A DNA stretch of 40,665 bases from a virus (Duplodnaviria; Heunggongvirae; Uroviricota; Caudoviricetes). Where the stretch lies: the IMG/VR virus record IMGVR_UViG_2660238524_000003; one strand, 5' to 3'. Both the position numbers and the translations under genes were made by a program. The notes under the pieces were generated by a model that was not told where the DNA came from, did no database searches, and saw only the letters and a program-made list of their open reading frames with translations. Within the stretch, counting starts at the first letter, position 1, and every line of letters starts with the position of its first letter. Positions 1 to 10,490 of this stretch are shown piece by piece.

Positions 1-1293
<1,293 letters not shown>

Positions 1294-1313
1294 TACCCAA
1301 TTTTTCTGAATCT

Positions 1314-1336
1314 AAAAAGCGCCTGCGGGCGCTTTA
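1314..1336 (+). terminator. weak stem-loop just after serS
   Basis: agcgcc-tgcg-ggcgct hairpin at 1318-1333, short T tract. Confidence 0.35.
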
Positions 1337-1409
1337 AGTAGAGGTTTAATCATTTGAAAATAAATGGATTTTATTTTTAAGTGTCCATATAACGTCCATC
1401 TTTGAATGC

Positions 1410-1449
1410 AAAAAGCCCACAGCTTCTATGCTGTGGGCTTTGTTTTTTG
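1410..1449. terminator. bidirectional rho-independent terminator
   Basis: 9-bp stem agcccacag/ctgtgggct (1414-1439) flanked by A5 upstream and T-rich run downstream. Confidence 0.6.
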
Positions 1450-1467
1450 GTGTCCTCATGAGTGAGG

Positions 1468-1504
1468 GAACCAAAAAGAAAACCCGCAGTTTTTACGCTG
1501 CGGG
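1468..1504 (-). terminator. terminator for hok-like transcript
   Basis: Hairpin cccgcag/ctgcggg at 1483-1504 followed on the - strand by UUUUCUUUUU. Confidence 0.45.
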
Positions 1505-1598
1505 CTTGTTGTTCACGTCAACTGGAAATAGGGTGCCTTTTCGACCTTTACCCTGGCAACCGATTGACGGGGAAGTTGCCTTCCCCGTCGCGGTTTCC

Positions 1599-1739
1599 TT
1601 ACTGCTTACACTGTAAGAACGCCGCAAACTCCGCTCCCCAGAAACTCATCCGTATTTCACACAGCGAACCGTGCAGCATCCAGATGATGAGGATTGCCGT
1701 CACGCAGAATGTGATGGCCGTAAGCGATTTTTGCGACAT
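1599..1739 (-). CDS. Hok/Gef-family small membrane toxin (type I toxin-antitoxin)
   Basis: 46-aa ORF read manually (MSQKSLTAITFCVTAILIIWMLHGSLCEIRMSFWGAEFAAFLQCKQ), below the ORF-track cutoff. Hydrophobic N-terminus and SLCEIR...AAF motif resemble Hok/HokA; AAGGAG 8 nt upstream of ATG. Confidence 0.6.
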   Translation of the reverse strand: MSQKSLTAITFCVTAILIIWMLHGSLCEIRMSFWGAEFAAFLQCKQ

Positions 1740-1842
1740 AGCGCTTGCTCCTTTTTCGGGGAGGCGCTAACCTATCACTTGCTGAGGGTAGATGGTTAGG
1801 GCCTCGGGTTAACGTTAAAGTTGACTCGGGGCCTTTCCACAT
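1657..1842 (-). CDS. mok-like overlapping leader ORF of the hok-like locus
   Basis: 61-codon ORF starting upstream of and overlapping the hok-like ORF in another frame, as mok does in hok/sok loci. Confidence 0.3.
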   Translation of the reverse strand: MWKGPESTLTLTRGPNHLPSASDRLAPPRKRSKRYVAKIAYGHHILRDGNPHHLDAARFAV

Positions 1843-1930
1843 CTGGCCTTCGGGTATTCCCTCCGACCATCAGCCGAAAGGCACCCGCACGTAATCTATC
1901 GCTTTTTTGTTACTCCGGCAATTCTGCCTG

Positions 1931-2191
1931 TTAATTCTGAGATAAAGGCAAACTCATCTGATTGTTTCCCCTGTGTGAAGCTGGCAGATCATGCCACGGG
2001 ATACCTTCTGAAGAGTGAACGCCGGAGGCGTGTTTTGATGTGAATTTATGGAAAGCTTCCAGTGTTGAGAAGCATACGCCGCATTCCAGATTGTTACACT
2101 GGTAATACTTTTGCCGCACGGTGTTTGAATCATTTTCCGGACGACTGGTGCGGATACGGGCAGATGCGCCACAAAGCGGACAACGGAACAT
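1931..2191 (-). CDS. ogr: Ogr/Delta zinc-finger late-gene activator
   Basis: MFRCPLCG...CNNLEC four-Cys zinc finger typical of P2 Ogr; AAGGGAGG RBS upstream of ATG 2191. Confidence 0.85.
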   Translation of the reverse strand: MFRCPLCGASARIRTSRPENDSNTVRQKYYQCNNLECGVCFSTLEAFHKFTSKHASGVHSSEGIPWHDLPASHRGNNQMSLPLSQN

Positions 2192-2231
2192 AGCGACCTC
2201 CCTTAACGTGGTGCTGCCTATTCTAAGTTGC

Positions 2232-3341
2232 TCACTCTGTTTCCGCTATCCATTCCGGGATTTTTGCCTCAAGCTCAAGCTGCGTGGTAAAACCGCTGTT
2301 ATCAATGGTGTGCTCGGCTTTTGCAATGATCCAGTCCTGATTATCAATCTCGCTTTTAAATCCTGTTACCGTGCCATGCATTTCGGGGTAGAGTTCTGCA
2401 CGTCCACGCGCCAGCGTGATGGAGAATGATGCGGCTCCGCGTTGTAGTTGCTGCCACTTTGCCGCCGCTGCGCGTCTTGCTGCCTGCTCGTTCTGATAAG
2501 TCTTGCGTAACACAAACACATTGCCTTCCGCGCCTTCCATATAATCACCTTCGCGGCTGCTGCTTTTCTCCTTTTTGGGTTTTGGCGGTTTACGGCGTTT
2601 CACGCTGACTTTTTTCTTTTTCCCGTAATTAAGATCAAGCCAGTAAGCGCGTACCCCCGTATACGCTTCGCGGTCAGCAATGCGGAACTGATGGCGATCG
2701 CCGCTGCTGCGTGTGATGGCAAACGATGGCAACGGCTGGCCCTGTGCGTTCACGCCACCGCCGGGCATGATGAATAACAGATTACCGCTTTTTACCGTGG
2801 TGATTGCGCCCAGCATTTCCGCCATGCGCGTAAGGAAGGACATGTCGCTTTCTTCGGTCTGGTCGGCGTGGTCGATTTCGATATCCATCAGCATTTCGCT
2901 GATTTGCGGTTTCAGACCATACCGATGAGCGATGGCGGATACCACACGCTCAACGGTCACATCATGCCAGGACACCTCACGTTTAACGTTAAATTCATCC
3001 CGAAAATCTGCGCTTCTGGCTGAAACAGTCAGCCTGTCCGGCGGTCCTTCGTGAGCGATTTCATCAACAATGTAAGTGCCTTTTTCTGTCAGCGGTTCTC
3101 CTTTCCAGCCAATGAGAACCGTCAGGCGCGCGCCCCGTGGCGGTAGCTGCAACTGACCATCCGCATCATCCAGCGTGATGGTGAGCTGGTCCGCCTCAAA
3201 TCCCCGGTTGTCGGTCAGTGACAGGCTCATCAGGCGCTCTGCCACGCCTGACAGCGTTTTACCCTCCGCGAGAATATCAAAATCCGGCATTTTCACGGGG
3301 TCTGTGCCCTGACTGAGCAATTGCATGGTGGTGTCGGTCAT
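2232..3341 (-). CDS. P2 gpD-like tail protein (late control gene D)
   Basis: Similarity to P2 gpD; start placed at ATG 3341 (MTDTTMQLL) with GGAGGGAGG RBS. The longer track ORF to 3473 is an upstream extension. Confidence 0.88.
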   Translation of the reverse strand: MTDTTMQLLSQGTDPVKMPDFDILAEGKTLSGVAERLMSLSLTDNRGFEADQLTITLDDADGQLQLPPRGARLTVLIGWKGEPLTEKGTYIVDEIAHEGPPDRLTVSARSADFRDEFNVKREVSWHDVTVERVVSAIAHRYGLKPQISEMLMDIEIDHADQTEESDMSFLTRMAEMLGAITTVKSGNLLFIMPGGGVNAQGQPLPSFAITRSSGDRHQFRIADREAYTGVRAYWLDLNYGKKKKVSVKRRKPPKPKKEKSSSREGDYMEGAEGNVFVLRKTYQNEQAARRAAAAKWQQLQRGAASFSITLARGRAELYPEMHGTVTGFKSEIDNQDWIIAKAEHTIDNSGFTTQLELEAKIPEWIAETE

Positions 3342-3498
3342 CTGCTCCCTCCCTGTGCGGCATGGTCGCATGTGCGTGCGGAGGGGGTTACTGCTTTTTG
3401 TTGTCGCCGTGGCGGGAGAACGGCGCAGGGGTGAGATTACGCGCGTGGTGGGTGATGATTGTTGCCGAATCATTTAACGGATACAAGGGGCTGAAGCT

Positions 3499-4683
3499 AT
3501 GAGTGAAACTCGTTTTCATGGTGCCCGTGTCACGGAAAGTACCGACCTGGTAACAGCGATTAATGATGTTGATTCCAGCGTTATCGGTATCGTGGCAACG
3601 GCGGATGATGCGGATGCGGAGCTGTTCCCGCTGAACAAGCCCACACTGCTGACCCGCGTCAATGACGTGCTGGGAAAATGCGGGACTACGGGGACGCTTT
3701 ATCGTGCGCTTAAGGCTATCGCAGACCAGGTGAGCACAAAAGTGATCGTCGTTCGCGTGGCTGAACACAAAGAAGAAGGCGGTAGGACGCAGGATCAACT
3801 GGTTATCGGTGGTTCTGAATCTGACGGCAGCTATACGGGGATGTATGCGCTGCTTGTTGCAGAGCAGGATGAAAGCATCGGATACCGTCCGCGTATTCTG
3901 GCCGCGCCGGAGCTGGACACGGAGGCGGTGACAAAATCCCTGTGCGTGATTGCGGGTAAACTGCGCGCGTTTGTGTATGCCACATGTCATGGTTGTAACA
4001 CGATGGCTGAGGCGATTACCTACCGCCAGAAATTCAACGAACGTGAGGTGATGCTCTTATGGCCTGACTTCATCGCCTACAACCCGAAAAGTGGCAAAAA
4101 CGAAACGTTCCCCGCGCCTGCTTATGCGTGCGGCCTTCGTGCGTACATTGACCATGAGCAGGGCTGGCACAAATCGCTGTCCAACGTTCCGGTTAAAAAT
4201 GTGCTGGGGATGTCGAGGCATGTGTTCTGGTCGTTACAGGCCGAAGACAGTGATGCCAACAGCCTCAACAACAAAGAAATCACGACCATTATTCGTCGTA
4301 ACGGGTTCCGCTTCTGGGGCAACCGCACACCGGAAACGAACGCCTACATCTTTGAGGTGTATACCCGAACCGCACAGGTGCTGGCTGATTCAATTGCGGA
4401 AGCGCAGTTTGAAACCATCGACAGTCCACTGACGCCTGCGAACGTGAAGGATGTTATCAGTGCCATCAGGGCAAAATTGGATTCGCTGGTTACTGCCGGG
4501 AAACTGATTGGCGCGGAGTGCTGGTATGACGTGGTGGATAACGGCACCACGGATTTACGTCAGGGGCGTGTGCGTATTCGCTACAAATATACGCCCGTTC
4601 CCCCGCTGGAAGACATGGAGCTTTACCAGACGTTTACTGATGAATTCTTTGGTCCCGCATTTGCGGTGCTGGGAGGTGCCTGA
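3499..4683 (+). CDS. tail sheath protein FI
   Basis: 394 aa with P2 FI-like sequence and size; AAGGGG RBS. Confidence 0.93.
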   Translation: MSETRFHGARVTESTDLVTAINDVDSSVIGIVATADDADAELFPLNKPTLLTRVNDVLGKCGTTGTLYRALKAIADQVSTKVIVVRVAEHKEEGGRTQDQLVIGGSESDGSYTGMYALLVAEQDESIGYRPRILAAPELDTEAVTKSLCVIAGKLRAFVYATCHGCNTMAEAITYRQKFNEREVMLLWPDFIAYNPKSGKNETFPAPAYACGLRAYIDHEQGWHKSLSNVPVKNVLGMSRHVFWSLQAEDSDANSLNNKEITTIIRRNGFRFWGNRTPETNAYIFEVYTRTAQVLADSIAEAQFETIDSPLTPANVKDVISAIRAKLDSLVTAGKLIGAECWYDVVDNGTTDLRQGRVRIRYKYTPVPPLEDMELYQTFTDEFFGPAFAVLGGA

Positions 4684-5195
4684 TGGCTGTACCAAAACAT
4701 CTTCGCTTTTTTACGTTGTTTGTGGATGGTGAAAACGAAGTGGGTAAAGTGACATCCGTCACGCCGCCCAAACTGACGCGCAAAACCGACAGCTATCGTG
4801 GTGGTGGCATGATGGGAGCAGTAAGTATTGATCTCGGTCTGGACGACTCCGCGCTTGATGCGAGCTTTGTCATGGGGGGAGCTGTTCGTGCACTGTTCCT
4901 TAAGTATGGCGGCACGATTGACGGCACGCTGCTGCGTTTTGCGGGTGAATATTACACCGATGCAGAAAGCGATCTGTATGAAATCGAGATGCGCGGGCGT
5001 GTGACGGAAATTGATATGGGGGAGGCCAAACAGGGCGAAGCCACATCACACACTTACGCTGTCAAAAACACCTACTACAAGCTGAGCGTTAACGATCGCC
5101 CGCTGTGGGAAATCGACCTGTTGAACCACATCTACCGGAAGGACGGCAAGGACATTGTGCCTGACCGCATTCGTTCCGCGCTTGGGCTTGGCTGA
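4683..5195 (+). CDS. tail tube protein FII
   Basis: 170 aa; start overlaps FI stop (TGATG), as in P2. Confidence 0.9.
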   Translation: MAVPKHLRFFTLFVDGENEVGKVTSVTPPKLTRKTDSYRGGGMMGAVSIDLGLDDSALDASFVMGGAVRALFLKYGGTIDGTLLRFAGEYYTDAESDLYEIEMRGRVTEIDMGEAKQGEATSHTYAVKNTYYKLSVNDRPLWEIDLLNHIYRKDGKDIVPDRIRSALGLG

Positions 5196-5250
5196 TAAGT
5201 AATATGCAGGCGGCGCAGTGCGTCGCCTCTGACTGAAAAGGAGACAACTG

Positions 5251-5625
5251 ATGAAAGATATCGATACTGAAACCCGGAATAACACCGTAGCGGATGATGT
5301 GACGTCAGGTGAGGATATGGCTGTCGAACGTGGTGTAAAACTTTCCCGGCCAATTGAGCGTGGTGCCGAAAAAATCACATATGTGGAGATCACCGGGGCT
5401 ATTGAGCAGGCGGGATCCCTGCGTGGTCTGTCGCTGTCTGATGTGCTGAATCTGAAAGCGGATACCATGTTCACGCTGTTGCCTCGCGTGACCTCGCCAC
5501 GACTGGATGAAGTGATGATTAAAAAAATGTCGTCACGCGATTTTATTCAGTTGTGCGCTGTGGCTGTAAATTTTATGAGCGAGCCAGACTCTGGCGCGAA
5601 GAGCGTGCAGGAGACGGCAGCGTAA
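5251..5625 (+). CDS. tail assembly chaperone E
   Basis: Position between tube and tape measure; AAAGGAG RBS. Confidence 0.85.
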   Translation: MKDIDTETRNNTVADDVTSGEDMAVERGVKLSRPIERGAEKITYVEITGAIEQAGSLRGLSLSDVLNLKADTMFTLLPRVTSPRLDEVMIKKMSSRDFIQLCAVAVNFMSEPDSGAKSVQETAA

Positions 5626-5789
5626 TCACCCTGGTGTGCTTTGAGCACATCGAAGATCTGGTGGCGGATATTGCCGCCATTTTCAACTGGTCGCCCGCCG
5701 AAATCTTCATGATGACGCCCGGCGAAGTGGTTAGCTGGCGTGAGCGGGCGGCACTTCGCAGCGGGAATGCAGATAATGAAGACTCTTGA
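5251..5789 (+). CDS. E+E' fusion by programmed -1 frameshift
   Basis: The -1 frame opens at 5523, right after its own stop (5520-5522), inside an A7 run (5521-5527), and stays open to 5789 ending ...WRERAALRSGNADNEDS. Matches the conserved E/E' arrangement of P2-like phages. Confidence 0.55.
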
Positions 5790-8583
5790 CATCCGGGTCG
5801 CTTTCAGCGCCGTTGACAGGCTGACCCGGCCTGCCGAAAACGCCCGCCGCCTGATGGGGCAGTTTGGTGACTCCATTCAGCGAACGCAGGGGGCGATCAA
5901 AAATCTCGAGCGTCAGGCGCGTTCATTTGAGCGCGCCCGCGACGCTGTCAGTAAAGCGGATGCGGGTATCGTGAAAGCACGACGCCAGCTTAACGCCCTT
6001 AATCAGTTACAACGCACGGGTACAGTGCTCAGCGAAAAACAACAAAAGCTGATGCAGCAGTTAAGCACCCGGCTTGAACGCCTGAATGAATCGCGCACAC
6101 GGGAAATTCAGAAAATGCGGGAGCTTGGCGGAGAACTGAAACGCCACGGCATTTCCCTGACAGGCAGCGATAACACCATCCAGCAGGCCATCAGACGCAC
6201 CGAACAATACAACAACCAGCTTGAACGCGAACGGCAGGCGCTTGCGCGTGTAACGCAGGCTCGTGAGCGGTATTCGCGCGCGCAGGAAACCGCGGGAAAA
6301 CTGAAAACAGGTGGTGCGCTGGCAATTGGTGCGGCAGCGGCGGGCGGCTATGCTGCCGGGCGTTTTTTGCAGCCCGCGATCGGGTTCGGCAAAGAGATGT
6401 CCCGCGTTCAGGCGCTGACGCGAATCGACAAAAACAGCCCGCAGTTTAAGGCGCTGCGTGAGCAGGCGTTAAAACTTGGCTCTGAAACACAGTTTACTGC
6501 GAGTGATGCCGCCAGTGGGCAGAGCTTTCTGGCAATGGCTGGTTTTACTCCGCAGGCCATTCAGGCCGCATTGCCCGGTGTTCTTAATATGGCGCTGGCA
6601 GGTGGCGTCGAACTCGGCGAGACGGCTGATATAGGCTCCAATATCCTCACACAGTTCAACCTGACAGCCGATCAAATGGACCGGGTTGGCGATACGCTGA
6701 CAGCGGCATTCACCCGGACCAATACTGATTTACGCGCGCTGGGCGAAACCATGAAGTATACCGGTCCGGTTGCCGCAAAACTTGGTATCAGTCTTGAAGA
6801 AGCGGCAGCCATGGCCGGGATGCTTGCCAATAATGGTCTTCGTGGAAGCGATGCTGGTACGGCCATGCGCGCAAGTCTGTCCCGCCTTGCATCACCGCCA
6901 AAAGCTGCGGCTGATGCGCTGAAAGAGCTGGGGGTGTCAGTTGCTGACGCCAGAGGCAAAATGCGCCCGATGGAGGATGTGCTGCTTGATCTCTATAAGG
7001 CGACACAAAAATACGGACAGGTGGACCAGGTTTCCTTCTTCAAGGACATCGCCGGAGAAGAGGCGTTCGTTGGTTTGCAGACGCTTGTTGCGGCGGCTGG
7101 TTCAGGAGAGCTGCAAAAACTGACCAGAGAATTGCAGGGGGCAAGGGGAGAGGCCGATCGCGTTGCAAAAGTAATGGCCGATAATCTTGATGGGGACCTG
7201 AAAAATCTCGACAGCGCATGGGAAGGTCTTCGTATTCGCATCAGTGATCTGGTTGACGGTCCGCTGCGTTCTGTCACGCAGTGGCTCACGCGGGTGCTTG
7301 AAAAAATCACCTCGCTGGCGCAGGCCCATCCGGTACTGACGCGCCAGCTACTGATAGCAGGCGGTGCGTTGCTGGCAATGACTGCAACGGTTGGCTCGTT
7401 GTCGCTGGCTATTGGTGTGCTTGCTGGCCCGCTGGCAAAACTGCGTCTTGGCTTTTCCCTCCTGACCGGTTCAATGAATGCTGTCAGACTCCTGCCAGCA
7501 CTATGGGGAATGGTGACGGGTTCCGTTTCGTTACTGGGGGGCGCTATCGGGGCGTTGTTCAGTCCGGTCGGCCTTATCGTGGCTGCGCTTGCCGGAGCTG
7601 CCGTTCTCATCTGGAAATACTGGGATCCCATCAGGGCATTTTTTGCCGGGGTGTTCAGCGGGATTATGGAAAGGCTGACCCCGTTGCGCGAAACCTTTGA
7701 ACGGTTTGGTCCTGTTTTTGACGCAATCGGGAGTGGGATCAGCCAGGTGTTTAACTGGTTTAAATCGCTGCTGTCTCCGATGGAGTCCAGCAAGGAAACT
7801 CTGGATAAATGTACCAGTGCTGGCGAGATATTCGGTAACGTTCTTGGCGGTGCGTTACAACTTGTTCTGACACCTGCAAAAATGTTGCTGGATACGCTGG
7901 CGTGGATACTTGAAAAGCTTGGTGTGCTTCCGGATGAAGCGGAAAGGGCGCGCAAGAAAATCGAAGACGCACAGCGTGCGGCCATTCTTCAGGACAAGGT
8001 TGCCTTGCTTCAGGGGGACCTGGCGAAAATCAATCCGCCGAAGCCTGTGGAAAATGGCAATGGCACCGGAGGTGATAACCCCAAAGACAATAAACCGCTC
8101 ACAGACAGCAATACCGGTACGCTGCGCAGACTCAGCAAAATTGCTGATAACACAGGTAAGCTGGTTGAGGAGACGAAAAAACGCATTGGCCCCGGCGATA
8201 TTGTCTTTAAAAACCTGCCCCGAGCACTTGCTGTTCGTGGGGAGTGGCAGGAGCGGAAGATTGCGCAGGTCAGTAAGCCTGCCCCCGCAATTAATATCAC
8301 ACCCGTGGTCCCGGCTCCGCTGCCTCCGGCGCTGGTCCCTGTTGTTGCGGCCAGCTCCCGCCCGGTGGCGGAGGCTATACGATCTCCAGTGGCATCAGTT
8401 CCTGTAACTTCCCGTAACCGGGAGCCTGTTGCCTCCGGATTTGGTGGTGAAATTCATGTTCATCTGCATAACGTTGTTACGCAGAATCCCCGCGAACTGG
8501 CGAAACTGGTCGGTGAAATGGTCAGGGCAGAAATGGAACGGCGCGCCCGTGCCGGGCGTGGCAGTTTTTACGATAAAGATTGA
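5767..8583 (+). CDS. tail tape measure protein T
   Basis: About 940 aa, coiled-coil N-terminus and Ala/Gly-rich hydrophobic core. Start ambiguous (GTG 5740, ATG 5767 or 5776). Confidence 0.9.
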   Translation: MQIMKTLDIRVAFSAVDRLTRPAENARRLMGQFGDSIQRTQGAIKNLERQARSFERARDAVSKADAGIVKARRQLNALNQLQRTGTVLSEKQQKLMQQLSTRLERLNESRTREIQKMRELGGELKRHGISLTGSDNTIQQAIRRTEQYNNQLERERQALARVTQARERYSRAQETAGKLKTGGALAIGAAAAGGYAAGRFLQPAIGFGKEMSRVQALTRIDKNSPQFKALREQALKLGSETQFTASDAASGQSFLAMAGFTPQAIQAALPGVLNMALAGGVELGETADIGSNILTQFNLTADQMDRVGDTLTAAFTRTNTDLRALGETMKYTGPVAAKLGISLEEAAAMAGMLANNGLRGSDAGTAMRASLSRLASPPKAAADALKELGVSVADARGKMRPMEDVLLDLYKATQKYGQVDQVSFFKDIAGEEAFVGLQTLVAAAGSGELQKLTRELQGARGEADRVAKVMADNLDGDLKNLDSAWEGLRIRISDLVDGPLRSVTQWLTRVLEKITSLAQAHPVLTRQLLIAGGALLAMTATVGSLSLAIGVLAGPLAKLRLGFSLLTGSMNAVRLLPALWGMVTGSVSLLGGAIGALFSPVGLIVAALAGAAVLIWKYWDPIRAFFAGVFSGIMERLTPLRETFERFGPVFDAIGSGISQVFNWFKSLLSPMESSKETLDKCTSAGEIFGNVLGGALQLVLTPAKMLLDTLAWILEKLGVLPDEAERARKKIEDAQRAAILQDKVALLQGDLAKINPPKPVENGNGTGGDNPKDNKPLTDSNTGTLRRLSKIADNTGKLVEETKKRIGPGDIVFKNLPRALAVRGEWQERKIAQVSKPAPAINITPVVPAPLPPALVPVVAASSRPVAEAIRSPVASVPVTSRNREPVASGFGGEIHVHLHNVVTQNPRELAKLVGEMVRAEMERRARAGRGSFYDKD

Positions 8584-8595
8584 GGAGTCATGGCC

Positions 8596-9084
8596 ATGAT
8601 GATGATCTACGGCATGTTTGTTTTTGAGCTGCGCACGCTGCCGCATCAGCAGTTACAGCAAAACAAAAGCTGGCGGCATGTGAAAAATGAACGCGTTAAC
8701 CGTTCAGCAAGCTGGCAGTATATCGGTGCAGGTGATGATCGCATCGTTCTTTCTGGTGTGCTTTATCCTGAAATTACAGGTGGCGAAGTGTCGCTGTCGC
8801 TGCTGACCACGCAGGCGTATACAGGACGACCCTGGCCTTTGATTGATGGCGTCGGGCAGATTTACGGCATGTATGTCCTGACTGAAACGAATACGACCCG
8901 CTCCGAGTTTGATCGCTACGGTAAGGCGAAAAAGATAGAATTTTCACTGACTCTTGAACGCTGTGATGAGGATTTGCGGGAGCGCCTGCAATCCTCATCG
9001 TTCAGTGATATGCTGTCCGGCTTCAAAGATAAGGTGACATCATCTCTTAACAGCGCGGCCAGTTCAGTTAAAGGGCTGTTCTGA
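8596..9084 (+). CDS. tail protein U
   Basis: MMMIYGMFVFEL... resembles P2 gpU; GAGGAG at 8583-8588 favours ATG 8596 over 8590. Confidence 0.88.
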   Translation: MMMIYGMFVFELRTLPHQQLQQNKSWRHVKNERVNRSASWQYIGAGDDRIVLSGVLYPEITGGEVSLSLLTTQAYTGRPWPLIDGVGQIYGMYVLTETNTTRSEFDRYGKAKKIEFSLTLERCDEDLRERLQSSSFSDMLSGFKDKVTSSLNSAASSVKGLF

Positions 9085-9092
9085 TTTAACAC

Positions 9093-9131
9093 AAAAACCG
9101 CTAATGGTCAGATTAGCGGTTTTCATTTTCC
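9093..9131 (+). terminator. terminator after U, convergent with invertase 3' end
   Basis: Hairpin aaaccgctaat/attagcggttt (9095-9122) followed by T-rich run. Confidence 0.5.
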
Positions 9132-9712
9132 TGAGTCTGCCCGGTTGTTTCTTCAGTCTGTATATCGCCTACAGGGTGATAACGATAAATCGTCGATGTG
9201 CCAATGCCGTAAATTATTGCCAGTTGTTTTCTGTCGTGCCCGTTTTTGATTAGCCTTGCTATTTGCTCATGCTGTTCTTTTGTCAGCTTCGGTCGACGTC
9301 CGCCTGTGCGCCCCCTTGCGCGCGCTGCCGCCAGCCCGGCCAGTGTACGTTCAACAATTAATTCACGTTCCATTTCAGCCAGGGCACCCATCACGTGGAA
9401 GAAAAAACGCCCCATTGGAGAAGATGTGTCTATGCTGTCGGTCAGACTGCGAAAATTAATCCCTCGCTCCCGTAGTTCCCCGACGAGAGAAATCAGATGT
9501 TTCATGCTTCGCCCGAGGCGATCCAGTTTCCAGACAACCAGCGTGTCACCTTTTTGAAGGCGCTTTAAAGCGCGTTTTAATCCCGGTCGGTCTGTCTTTG
9601 TCCCGCTTAATTTATCTTCAAATATTTGTTCACATCCTGCACAAACAAGAGCGTTTCGTTGCAGGTCTGTATTCTGGTCATTTGTTGATACCCTTACATA
9701 GCCAATCAGCAC
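9113..9712 (-). CDS. serine DNA invertase (Gin/Pin/Cin/Hin family)
   Basis: N-terminus LIGYVRVSTNDQNTDLQRNAL and the rest closely resemble Gin/Pin. Start placed at GTG 9712 (GGGAGA RBS), reproducing the family N-terminus. Confidence 0.92.
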   Translation of the reverse strand: MLIGYVRVSTNDQNTDLQRNALVCAGCEQIFEDKLSGTKTDRPGLKRALKRLQKGDTLVVWKLDRLGRSMKHLISLVGELRERGINFRSLTDSIDTSSPMGRFFFHVMGALAEMERELIVERTLAGLAAARARGRTGGRRPKLTKEQHEQIARLIKNGHDRKQLAIIYGIGTSTIYRYHPVGDIQTEETTGQTQENENR

Positions 9713-9766
9713 ACTGAATCTCCCGTCCAAAAGCGCAAATCATGCCATGCAGGCCAGAAACGGCCA

Positions 9767-9792
9767 TTATTTAAAACCTCGGTTTACGAGAA
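9767..9792. other. gix/hix-like crossover site (left)
   Basis: TTATTTAAAACCTCGGTTTACGAGAA, a 26-bp imperfect palindrome with the AAACC-NN-GGTTT core of Gin/Hin/Cin sites as recalled. Confidence 0.6.
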
Positions 9793-10488
9793 CTCGGCAC
9801 AAGCGGGGAGAAAATACCGTTACTCAGTACAGCGAATACCTGGACCAATCGACAAACATTCAGCGGTGGCCTTTCTGGGGAACTGTCCGGCAATGCCGCT
9901 ACTGCAACAAAGCTGAAAACAGCACGAAAAATTGCTGGAGTTGGTTTTGATGGTTCTAGCGATATTTCAATTAGTGCCAAAAATGTCAATGCATTTGCAC
10001 TCCGACAAACAGGTAATACTGTTAATGGTGATACATCCGTTGGATGGAATTGGGATAGTGGTGCATATAACGCCATGATTGGTGGTGCATCTGCATTAAT
10101 TCTTCACTTTAATATAAATGCTGGTAGCTGTCCTGCCGTACAATTCCGTGTGAATTATAAAAATGGTGGCATTTCCTACAGGTCGGCTCGTGATGGTTAT
10201 GGGTTTGAATTAGGTTGGTCAGATTTCTATACCACGACACGAAAACCTTCAGCGGGAGATGTTGGTGCATATACGCGGACAGAATGTAACTCAAGGTTTA
10301 TTACAGGTATTCGCCTTGGCGGTCTGTCATCTGTTCAGACATGGAATGGTCCCGGCTGGTCTGACAGGTCAGGTTATGTCGTTACGGGTTCAGTTAACGG
10401 AAACCGTGATGAATTAATTGATACAACACAGGCAAGGCCAATTCAGTATTGCATTAATGGGACGTGGTATAACGCGGGGAGTATTTAA
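9775..10488 (+). CDS. alternative tail-fibre C-terminal variable cassette, silent in this orientation
   Basis: Frame open from 9775 with no start codon; encodes ...[29 protein letters not shown]..., parallel to but diverged from the expressed H C-terminus. Confidence 0.75.
   Translation, partial: NLGLRELGTSGEKIPLLSTANTWTNRQTFSGGLSGELSGNAATATKLKTARKIAGVGFDGSSDISISAKNVNAFALRQTGNTVNGDTSVGWNWDSGAYNAMIGGASALILHFNINAGSCPAVQFRVNYKNGGISYRSARDGYGFELGWSDFYTTTRKPSAGDVGAYTRTECNSRFITGIRLGGLSSVQTWNGPGWSDRSGYVVTGSVNGNRDELIDTTQARPIQYCINGTWYNAGSI
9776..9878. repeat. left inverted repeat of invertible segment
   Basis: 9776-9845 is an exact reverse complement of 12531-12462; identity continues with one mismatch to 9878/12429. 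Confidence 0.9.
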
Positions 10489-10490
10489 CG

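Noticed and set aside
3342-3473. N-terminal extension of the D ORF (track start at 3473)
   Set aside because: ATG 3341 has a strong GGAGG RBS and aligns with the gpD N-terminus; the extension has no equivalent.
3342-3498. Search for canonical Ogr-binding TGT-N12-ACA dyads in the D/FI divergent leader
   Set aside because: No convincing match by eye; late promoters probably exist here but I cannot place them.
6993-7985. 330-aa ORF on the - strand inside the tape measure gene
   Set aside because: Antisense to a confidently assigned, Ala/Gly-rich coding region; low-complexity translation typical of a spurious open frame.
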